This document shows, piece after piece, positions 41,401-52,800 of a stretch of DNA of 64,000 nt (position 1 is its first letter; each line of letters starts with the position of its first letter). The stretch is taken from the NCBI RefSeq assembly GCF_964355755.1, contig NC_092670.1, positions 1,416,201 through 1,480,200 of the forward strand, given 5' to 3'. The notes under the pieces are model-generated. The model was given only the letters and a program-made list of their open reading frames with translations, did no database searches and was not told where the DNA came from. Position numbers and translations under genes: made by a program. Source of the stretch: Antedon mediterranea. Lineage: Eukaryota > Animalia > Echinodermata.

Positions 41401-43192
41401 AGAAATTTATTTTTTATTTATTATTTCTGAACCCTTTTTTGATTGTTTATTTTAAGATGTGTAAAACTACTAACTGTTTACTGTTATATTTATTGAACAC
41501 GTGTTCGAACGTCCAACCATATCCGTAGCCGTGTACTCAACATTGAATGTTTTTTCTAAAACTCCAATTGGTATTTCAATTTCTTCACCAGGAGAATGAG
41601 AGTTAGTGGTACTGGAGAAACAAGAGGAATCATCTGTCCACACTGGAGGTTGCCAAAACACAGTTAGTCTTCTTTCATTTGATGTAGTGGAAATATGGAT
41701 TTCGTGTGGACAGGTTGACCCGTAAGACGGTGGTTCACGGTCTTCAAAATGACCTAAAATTAGTAAAAAGTAAGGTAAGGATCTTGTTGTTGAACTGTTA
41801 ATAAAAATAGTCATCAGATATATTATTTATATTGTATTGATAACTTAAAAATGAAGTAATTATTTTGTCAAATATAGTTATTACAGTGTAAAATATAAAG
41901 GTTGATGGTTGGAATAATATAAATCTGATAATTCTATACTGAGTAGTAAGTTAGCTAAGAACTGCGCTTACTTATTTCACACACATAAGCGACGCTTCGA
42001 TTGCAAGATATATCATTCCATTTACTGGATCCTTTAAAACCAAGTTCTACACAGTCTTCATCATATCCAGCATTATTTGGTTCACCAAAACCGAAATCTG
42101 TTAAAAAATATCATGGATCATTTTAAATCATGGCTCCATGATTTAACCAAATATTGTATCAAATTAAAAGTACAAACAAGGTAAAATGTTTTGACCATAG
42201 GGGTTTCTTAAGTGATAAAAAATAGGGCAAACAAAACAAGTGTATAGCAATTTACCTATGGAGACAAAAGATAAACGTAGTTACGTAACAAATGTTAGCA
42301 TAAGAACACATAAGAAAATACGCATGCGCATACATTATATATATATATATTCTGACGCTTTTGTAAGAATTTCTTAGTGGACCAAAACTATTGACACTCC
42401 ACTGGAAGAATGACTAAATAAATATAATCTTTAAACAATTACGTGCTTTCATATTGACTGCATTCTGTAGTGGGGACCCATGTAAAGTCAGTCTCACTCT
42501 CCACATCCGATATGCCTAGCCATAGCTTTCCACCCACAGGAATGTTAGCGTAAAGAAAGTCATTTTCTTCTTGGTTCCTGACCACCACCAAGTCTGCACC
42601 TAGGGCCAAACAGTTTGACCTAGCCTCTGACCAAGACATATTTGATGTCTGAAATTGATAACAACTTTCTTGAAACGATAACCATCCAACTTGACAGGAA
42701 AATACTGTAATAATTAAATAGTTTTAGAAAGAAAAAAAGACGCATTATAAGGCTTTATATTATAATGTACTTCAGTTCTGATACGTCCGTACGCCTACGT
42801 GACAAAAAACACAAATACAGTAGTTTATTTGATTTAGTGTACACCTGTATTTGATTGTATCCGGAGCTTTTTTCCTACGCCAGTGCATAGACAATTTCAG
42901 AGAGAAAGCTCATGGAATGTTTATCATAATTATAGCGCACGTCCAGAGTACCAAAAACTTGTGTGCTCAGCGTGCCAACGCAGAACTAGCTTGTACGTTC
43001 ATTCACCGGATGAGTATATATTACAAATTGTTTCAGACGTTTTTACACTTTTGTACTATAATATACGTAAATTGAACTAGAATAAATACGGTCGTAATAA
43101 TAAATAAATAACAGGTCCAATAATAGTGTCTTCTACCTACCTGTAGCGATTGTGTATGTAAACAAGAACACTATGTGTGTAGATGTGGCCAT
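35499..43192 (-). CDS. Lectin receptor gene 4: SP-CTLD-HYR-EGF-CTLD-HYR-EGF-EGF-spacer-TM-tail
   Basis: SP 43141-43192; CTL 42447-42704 (GC donor) + 41972-42097; HYR 41475-41753; EGF 40943-41062; CTL 38703-38957 + 38039-38164; HYR 37546-37833; EGF 37066-37176 and 36576-36686; spacer 36327-36383; TM 35888-35990; tail 35499-35607 ending DETPTTLLL*. No stops seen. Confidence 0.82.
36072..36229. mobile_element. Palindromic MITE (PIF/Harbinger-like)
   Basis: Long TIRs GCTTGGTTCCCACTAGA.ACGCAACGCAAGGACGTAA, flanked TTA/TAA. Empty paralogous sites at ~16120 and ~36965; partial relative at ~21474. Confidence 0.7.
39511..40197 (-). mobile_element. HINE family A copy (reverse orientation)
   Basis: Reverse complement of 8092-8904, ending ...GCTTCCACGCGACTA. 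Confidence 0.8.
40470..40555 (-). promoter_or_regulatory. Internal relic of family promoter (no SP exon downstream)
   Basis: GGTACCAA..TTATTGTCTTTTTCCTTCCG..GATTGAAA..TGACGTCAGCTTAT matches 3223-3296. Equivalent relic at ~25420-25475. Confidence 0.55.
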
Positions 43193-44110
43193 GGTGATAT
43201 CCAAAGTGTGACTACTTGTCCTCATGTACATTTCGGTATTAGGCGATAAGCACCACCACCAAAGCCTTATTGTCTTTTTCCTTCCTACTTAGATTGCAAA
43301 AAATGACATCAGCTTATTTGATACAGTAAATCTTTTATGTTTTCGTAGCATTATATTCCATGTTGTCGACATTTCTTGGAATTGTGCATCATGTTAAATG
43401 TTGGCCTAATAAAACCCCAATCAGGACAACTTTCATTATTAATGTGGAGTCCACGTCTATGTATACAATGTGATCTATCTCCATAATACAGTAAAGTTAG
43501 AATTACAATTTTAGAAAGAAACGACACATTCATTCACATTCTATTTACATTTACTATATTAGTATTTTTGACAAAATATATATATATTTCACTAAACACA
43601 TATACTAGTAGGCCATGGTCTTCGGAAATTACTCCATTCGACTGTTTTGCGCAAAGTCGCCGCGCCTAGTACTATTAGTTTTAATTATCGCATATTTACA
43701 TATTATTAGCATTATTGTGGCTACTGATTCAACCGTATACAGGTCTAGTATTCAAATGTTATTCAACAACATTATTATCTAATTCATTTAGTTTAATTAA
43801 TTAGTTTAACTTTCATTGAAAAAAAAATTATACGTTTTATATACTTGAAGTTGATTAATGGACCTAATTCGGTATATTATTGGTATGTTTCTGGTAATAC
43901 AACTATTGCATTGTATGTACAATCAGTATACAATGCGAAAGAACTTTGAATGTGTACCCATGTATTTACTAAACTAATTTGTCAAAGGGAATTATAATAA
44001 TCATAAATTCAATATATAAAACGTGCTTTACGATCCCGTCGTACACATATCTAATTGGTTAATATTGTTTTTAGTTATTGTACACTAGCTTAATCTATTA
44101 TAGTTATTAT

Positions 44111-44351
44111 TGTAGCATTTTGCAATGCACCTCTAATCGTCGCTAAAGTGAAGACTTTCTCTACCAGGCGGTTATCACATAGACAGGAATGTAGCATTTT
44201 GCAATGCACCTCTAATCGTCGCTAAAGTGAAGACTTTCTCTACTACTCGGTTATCACATAGACAGGAATGTAGCATTTTGCAATGCACCTCTAGTCATCG
44301 CTAAAGTGAAGACTTTCTCTACTACGCGGTTATCACATAGACAGGAATGTT
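44111..44351. repeat. 79-bp tandem repeat x3 overlapping the stop codon/3' UTR of gene 5
   Basis: TGTAGCATTTTGCAATG at 44111, 44190 and 44269. Confidence 0.9.
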
Positions 44352-47300
44352 GTAGGTGTTTCATACAGCCCATTATCTTCCTTCACGTGCATAGAAACCG
44401 AAGACTTCTCTTCATTGCTACGGTTTCGTCTAAAAAATAAAGAAAATAAAAAGATAACTGCACAGTGTTCAATTTAAAAAATGGATTATATTCAGTCTCT
44501 TTAATTCTGCCTTCTTTCTCAAATGTCGTGATAACTTCTAATTGTTCAAATTGGAGGTCTATAATATTAGTACAGTTTCCATATTGATGATAACAGTTAA
44601 ATCAAATGTTAAGGTTTAGCGTATACTACGCGGACGGTCCCTGGTAATATTAGGTAGAAGTGCTACTAGCTATGTAGTATTTAACTACGCGTACGGTCCC
44701 TGGTAATATTAGGTAGAAGTGCTACTAGCTATGTAGTATTTAAAGATGTATTGTCCCCCTGAAAAATAATTTTTTGGTTGAATATACCATTTTAATGTCA
44801 CATAATAGTTAATCACTTCGACCAAAATGTATTTACCTGAAAAAAAATGTAATTTAAAGCAAAAAATTGTCAAATTGGCTGCCAGCCAATGGATTTTTGG
44901 TTGAATTAACCATTTATTATGTTATTTTATAAGTGAAAACATCATTTTTTTTTTCTATGGAAGTGATTAACTCGATTAAAACTACAAAATATCTATTTAA
45001 AGTCTGATTTAATTAATCTTCAATTTTCATGTTTTTGGAGGACAATACATCTTTAACTTTATAAGAATTGAATATTTACCTTGCAAGTTTGATGATTATA
45101 CCTATCAGGATTAGAACTGTAATTACTAGGCATACCACAAACACTGTCAAGTGAACTTGGCCATTTGAATCTTCAATAGTTACTTAAAGAAATTAGGATA
45201 AATCAATGAATAAAAACATTTTCACAACATTTATTTTGGTACTTTTTCAGTAAATCTACAGTTTAAAATGAGTTTCCTCTAATTGAAAATAATACTATTT
45301 TGAGAAAAAAAAAAATTCAAAATTGTAACTCTCCGTATGATGAATTGCACGTTTAATCAAGAATTTAGTTTTCTAAAATTAAGTATTGTTTTCCTGACGT
45401 GTCAAATGAAAAGAAAAAACTCCCATTGACCACCTACAATTTTTACAGTGCTTTTTGTAACACACACAAAAAACCCATTGGCGTTATTATTCTTTCAATA
45501 TCCCCCACCCCACACACAACAAAAACGTAGGGTCGGAATTCTTCCCTCGCTAATTTGTTCTTGCATATATTGTTGAGAATTTATAATAGTAAATTCTTAT
45601 GATTATACACAATTTTAAACTTTAAAATGCAAATTGTAGTAGTACGCGTGGAAAATGTTATATTCACGAGACTTGTGGTTGAAAGTGATATTCACACTTT
45701 GTTTCAGTTTGTTTTAGTAATTGAACTTCTCCATGCACTATAGTTTTGCAGTCCGCCAATTAATAAGAATAAAATAAAATAATCCATCTATCTATCACCA
45801 TTTTTGGGACTGCTACGAGTCTATGTCTGTCGAAAGAAATCAAGAAGAATACCGTGTACAATTAGTACTTGTAAACAATTATACTAACTTGTCACTGTTA
45901 TATTGAATGAACATTTAATTATACTAACTTGCTACTGTTATTTTAAACGAGCATGTGTTCGAACGTCCAACCATATCCGTAGCTGTGTACTCCACATTTA
46001 TTGTTTTTTCTAAAACTCCATTTGGTATTTCAATTACTTCACCAGGAGAATGAGAGTTAGTGGTACTGGAGAAACAAAAGGAATCGTCTGTCCACACTGG
46101 AGGTTGCCAAAACACATTTACTCTTCTTTCATTTGGTTTGGTGAGAATATAGATATCGTCTGGACAGGTTGACCCGTATGAAGGTGGCTCTCGGTCCTCG
46201 AAATTACCTAAAATTTATAAAAAGGTAAGCTAATTATTGTTTTGTTTTTTTATCAGATTATGTATGTTAATCGCGTGAAAATAATGTTAAAACTGCTCAT
46301 ATGGATGGAGTTTGCGTAAGTTGATGGTTAAAAAAAAAAGAATTTTGCATACCGGTAAAGACGTACGCGCCTATATATTCATTATATTACCGGTAGGACC
46401 GTGTAGTTGAGTTTACCCATGTTTAAATGTTATAAAATACTGTAAACATGCAGCTGCAGCATGAGTTATTTATACATACAGCATACGACAGCCACCTATT
46501 TTATTTCGTTTTCTCTGAAATAGTTTGTTTAATGAATGGCTAAAAGGATGAACAAAAGATAAGGGGGTTATTTCGTGGGCCAAGGATTGAGAACTTCCAA
46601 TATACAAATCTTCGAAGCAGTTTATCTGTTCTTACTTATTTCACACACATAAGCTTTTGTCAAGTCACAATGTTCATCATTCCATTTGTCTGATTGTGAG
46701 TTATCAAGTTCTACACAATCTTCCTCTTTGTTTCCAGCATTATTTGGTTCACATGGACCAAAATCTAAATTAAAAAAAACAGCTAAATCAATCATTCATA
46801 TCATTTATTTTCCTTATTATACAAAAAAAACAAGTTTATCAGAACGTTGAGATTTTAAAAAAATAGTATAAAATTGAAGGAGACCTTTATAGGACAAAAT
46901 GTCACTTAAGCTAAGGCCATTGGTGAAACACAGGGCTTTTGAATGGCTATAAATAAAACAAAATAGTAAAAGAAAGGGGGAAAGTAAAGATAAATGACAG
47001 GATGTCATCAATGATATGAAAACAATCGAGATTTATAACATTGGAAACGGAAAGTAATGAATGCAAGCAATCAATAGAGCTTCAATAGATTAGTCGCCAT
47101 AAACCGAGACCAGAGTAGATTTAAGATTATGTTTAAAACTAGAAATTGAAAATTTTGATGAAATGGTTTTAAAGAGGGAATCCCATAATTTTGGGTCTGT
47201 ATATAAAATATGATGTTGAGAAGATAAATTGCGTTTATAGTAATATTGTGTGCATGCTCTTAACAAGCTTGTCACCTGTACTGCTAATACTAATCTAGGT

Positions 47301-49806
47301 TCTAGATTAGATTTCGACTTATTATTTGTAAAATAAAAATATTTTTGTGTATATGTTGTTTCATACGTATAATACTTGAGCCTGAAAAAACAGTCTAGGA
47401 AAAGTCACATGTTTTGACTCCCAAGAATTGTATTTATTTATTATTTATGTGACATTAAAATGGCATATGGAGGGAGACAATATATCTTAAATACTACATC
47501 TGCTCCGTTTCAACCTTTAAAGCCTTGTGCATAGAATATTCATATCATAGACTCATACTTACTGCTGTATTGACTGCATTCATTCGAAACCCATGTAAAT
47601 TCGGTCTCTTTCTCCATATCTGATAAGCCTATCCACAGATCGCCAGTTGCAGGATTGTTTGCATAAAGAAAGTCATTTTCTGCTTGGTTCCTGACCACCA
47701 CTAAGTCAGCACCTAGTTCTGTACAGTTTGATCTAGCGTCTGACCAGGACCGTTTTGTTGACTCAAATTTGTAACAGCTATCTTCGAACGATAACCAGTG
47801 TTCTGGGTAAGAAGATATTGTAATGAACCTTTCCTTTAAACGAAATGCTTATATGTAATGATGAAAGAATTATCAGAAAAAGGGAAGTAATATAAGGCTC
47901 TAATACTATTACTACAAAATGAAAATTACGTTAAAATTGAGCCCTGGGGCCTGAACCTGCTACTATTTAATTTGTATACAGTATTTTTGCACAACCTGAG
48001 ATAAGGGAAAAATAAAAAAAACTGTAGAGTGTGTACACAAAGAAATCAGAAAATAAATATATATATGTGTAAATATGAGTGGAATTTCCGTATATATTTC
48101 GGTAATATGGGTGTTGTATCTTTCGTTGTCTTTTTTTTGGCTGTTGATAAAGCTTTCGCTTTCGAGACAATATAAAAATTAACTGTACTGATTGACGTCT
48201 TGCAAAATTTCAAAGAACGCATGCGCAGATTTATTTTTGGTTGTCTTCATCTTTTACAATTTGGAATTGAGAGCTACATAGCTATCCTTGAACCCATCTG
48301 ACGTCACCTTATATTTACAATTCTTATGTTTTCATAAGGTGGCGACATGTGTTACTTCGCCCCATAAACAAAATCGCACTAAGGATGCACCCAATATAAT
48401 CTTTTGACAAACTAAAATTAAGTTTTTATTCATCTTTTTGATTAATACTGTGAAGAATTATTTAGTTTTCAGTAGCCTACTGAACAACAACTACCACCAA
48501 AACTCACATCACTGAAACAAATACCGCCATCACCACTACTACTACGGATCAGAGCATGTTAAGATAATGCCAAAGTGAAAACACTGTTAGTTACCTTTTT
48601 AAAAAAAGCACGTAACTCGAGTTGAATATGATCTAACATACGGCGAACACCTATTCCTCTTAGTTGTACTCTCTCCAGTAATTGTTCAATAATAGGTATT
48701 TAACGAACTAATAATATCGGTAAAAACGTATAACAATCTATGCATTCAAAGCAGTAGTACTTACTTATTTCACACACATAAGCTTTTTCCAAGTAACAAG
48801 GGGCATCATTCCATTTGTCTGAATATAATAGGTAACCAAACGATACACAATCTTCTTCTTGTCCAAGATTATTTGGTTCACCATCACCAAAATCTGTAAG
48901 AGATATCATTTAGTAAAAAAAAAACAGTACATATACAATAGAAGCCCTCATTTGGGACACCCATATTTAGGGGACACCCATATTTAGGGGACACCCATAT
49001 TTAGGGGACACCCATATTTAGGGGACACCCATATTTAGGGGACACCCATATTTAGGGGACACCCATATTTAGGGGACACCCATATTTAGGGGACACCATG
49101 TTTAGGGGACACCCATATTTAGGGGACACCCATATTTAGGGGACACCCATATTTAGGGGACACCCATATTTAGGGGACACCCATATTTAGGGGACACCCA
49201 TATTTAGGGGACACCCATATTTAGGGGACACCCATATTTAGGGGACACCCATATTTAGGGGACACCATGTTTAGGGGACACCCATATTTAGGGGACACCC
49301 ATATTTAGGGGACACCCATATTTAGGGGACACCCATATTTAGGGGACACCCATGTTTAGGGGACAACCATGTTTAGGGGACACCCATGTTTAGGGGACAC
49401 CATGTTTAGGGGACACCCATATTTAGGGGACACTCATATTTAGGGGACACTCATATTTAGGGGACACTCATATTTAGGGGACACCCATATTTAGGGGAAA
49501 CTCATATTTAGGGGACACCCATATTTAGGGGATACTTTCGAACGAGGGCAATTTATAGAGTTTTAGTAAGTTCATTATTGACTGCATTCTTTGAAAACTC
49601 ATAAAGTCAGTCTCATTCTGTGCATTCGATAACTTTTCCCTCACTTGCACTGATGAAGGGCTAGTGTTGCCCGAAAGCTCTGCTAACTTTTCTGGCTGTT
49701 TACTTTATCGTTTTGATTTAGCTTTTCGCTTTTTTTTTTGTATCTCCATTGAGATCCAGCAACTGATACCCACAGCATTGTCATTTTTTCAGTAATTTGC
49801 CTTTGG

Positions 49807-49842
<36 letters not shown>

Positions 49843-52800
49843 ACATTCGGCAATGAACATTAATTCTAAACCGCCCGGTGATCATTTATACTGAAATTTA
49901 ATTAATTAATTTGAAACGATAAAGATGAGGAAATCTGTGAGAATGAGAAAAAGTCGCCCCAACCGAGACTCGAACTCGGACCGCCTGCTTGATATGCAGA
50001 TGTCCTAACCATTAGACCACTGGGGCTTTCATGGTATTGTTCAAACTCGATTGGATAGCGACTCTTTAACATTCTCGACGTGGTACGGCGGAATGCGTTT
50101 TTAGTCGCGTGGAAGCGACTCTATAGTTCCTATGTCGGTCGGTTGGTCGGTCTGTCTGTCTGTCGGTCTGTCGGTCCGGTATCACTATGCGTTTTATCGC
50201 TTTCTGACCTTATCTTGATATCAGTTTAATCTAGCTAGGTCAATTTTTCACAGTATATTCCTTATGGCCAGGAGTCAATGTGGTTATGTTTTCACGGTGC
50301 GCAAAAAAAAAAAAAAAATTACGCGGTCTACGCACGATTTAACGAAATCACGTTTGTAATCATATCTTCACAACCATGAGTCACAATTAAATAAAATTTG
50401 GTACTCATAAATTTCAGGGCATAAATCATCATATTATGGCAATACAATTACGTGCGTAGCGCATGTAACGCATGCGTACGCGCGCTTAAAATTTTCAAAA
50501 TTTATTTTCAATGAAATAAGAGTACGTTTCAGGCAATTTTAAGCGTTTACAAAATTGCCATGAGTGCGCATATTTTTGCGCGCGCACTGCGCGTTAAATG
50601 TTATTGCGCATTCTTTTTGCCCGATTTCTGTTTTCTTGACTTACTTTTCAACTCGAAATTACGTTATAAGAGCACGTCAAAAGTGACAGGCCACGCACGT
50701 GTAAATTAAAAAAATATAAATGTTTTCAAACATTTCAACATTTTTAAACATGTTCAGTAATTTCGGTCAGTATAGTTCACTATGTCGGTCGGTCGGTCGG
50801 TCGGTCTGTCTGTCTGTCGGTCTGTCTGTCTGTCGGTCTGTCTGTCGGTCTGTCTGTCGGTCGGTCCGGTATCACTATGCATTGTAGCACGTGACTTAAT
50901 GGCTGTTGGCCTTGTTTTTTCCAGGACGAACGTGGGCAGAAATCATGAATAATTCATTACCTTAATTATTTTCTATATAAAGAATTGCAAGATAGCTGAT
51001 CTACTTCCTAAATATACTAAACCTAACCCTCTAAATAATCTCTCTCAACTATTAAAAAAAACATGTTCATGAAAGACCTCGAACCGAGGGCTCCAGCGTA
51101 ATAGGTTAAAGCCTTTACCACTAGACCAAACATTTCGGTTGACAAACGGTGTTTACACTAATTATTTAATCTCTCTGCATGCTTATATAGCGCGCTCTAT
51201 TATGTTCCCTAATATGTCATAATTATTCATGAATTTCTGCCCACGTTCGTCCTGGAAAAAAAAATTACGCCGGCGGAACAGCACTAGTCCTCAGTTGTAC
51301 GCACGCGCACCAGAGATCAAATTGATACGCCCTCATCTTTCAGTATTTTTATTCACGAGGCGGGATCTCCGAAGAGATACTTTTATATTATAATAAACAC
51401 ATCAGGCAATGAACATTAATTCGAGCCCGGTGATATACTGAAATTTAATTAATTAATTTGAAAGGATAAAGATGAGGAAATCTGTGAGAATGAGAAAAAG
51501 CCGCCCCAACCGAGACTCGACCTCGGACCGCCTGCTTGATATGCAGATGTCCTAACCATTAGACCACTGGGGCTTTCATGGTATTGTTCAAACTCGATTG
51601 GATAGCGACTCTTTAACATTCTCGGCGTGGTACGGCGGAACAGCACTAGTCCTCAGTTGTACGCACGCGCACCAGAGATCAAATTGATACGCCCTCATCT
51701 TTCAGTATTTTTATTCACGAGGCGGGATCTCCGAAGAGATACTTTTATATATATATAAACAAATCAGGCAAAGAACATTAATTCTAAACCGCCCGGTGAT
51801 ATACTGAAATTTAATTAATTAATTTGAAACGATAAAGAGATCAAATTGATACATATATATATATATATCTATACCAATAAAAAGACTTAAAATAACTTTA
51901 TACATCAATATTAAAATATTTGTATATCTATTCAATTAAATATATATATACATATTATACATATACTCATCACAGGCACAGAAAAATTCAAAACGATAAA
52001 GATGGAAAAGTCGCTAAAATCGAAATTCGAAACTGGAACAGTTTTCTTGATATGCAGATTTTTCTTAACCTTTAGACCACTGGGGTTTTTATGGTATGGG
52101 TATCGAATCTTTTTCATCCTCGTCGTATTACGGAGGAGCATAGATATATATTTATAACTATCAAAACGTACTAAAAAAGTCTAACAGTTTTTCTTTTACG
52201 TTAGCCCATTTTTGTTCAGCTTTGATAAAGTTACATGCGTGTTCATATTTTATTAAATTGGAAAGTTCCGTTTTGTATACGTTCCATATTGTTTGTGAAA
52301 CTAAACATTTTCTTCCTTTAATAAATTATTATAGGTAAAACCTGACTTATAAATACAAAAACAGAAAATAGAAATAAGTTCATTTATGAGTTTGCTGTTA
52401 GTATTCCCTGTAACAATGTTTATCCAACTGGAAAATTGATTTAGGCTAATTTCACTACAAGCATGTGTATGCGAGTTTTGGTGTAATGGTTAAACAAGCC
52501 TTTCAATTAACAATAGCTTCAGTTGACTTAACAATAGAACATCAAACGAGTGAATTTGAAAAGAAATAGGTTTTATAAACTAATCGCATCAAAACAGGTG
52601 CACATGAAATCAAATTACGTTCTAAAATTACAAATCACAAATTATAACTCTTGCCTCTTGTACAAAAATGAAGTTTTTTTGACAAGTAGTTCTCGAGAAA
52701 ATGCAATTTAAGTTTACTTGTCACTTTAAGACGGCTCACCGGCTTGTGAAAATTCTTTTTAACACTAGTAGGTCTGAAAATAATTCTAAAAAGTGGTCCA

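Larger units (their letters stand above)
49840..52140 (-). mobile_element. Tandem ~362-bp tRNA-like (SINE-type) repeat units with nested insertions
   Basis: Minus strand GTGGTCTAATGGTTAGGACATCTGC..GTTCGAGTCTC (A/B-box-like). Units repeat at 51279 and 51641; degenerate copy ~51960-52140. Confidence 0.6.

Noticed and set aside
49950-50030. tRNA gene
   Set aside because: A/B-box-like, but no clean acceptor stem, and it is embedded in a repeated unit; treated as a tRNA-derived repeat.
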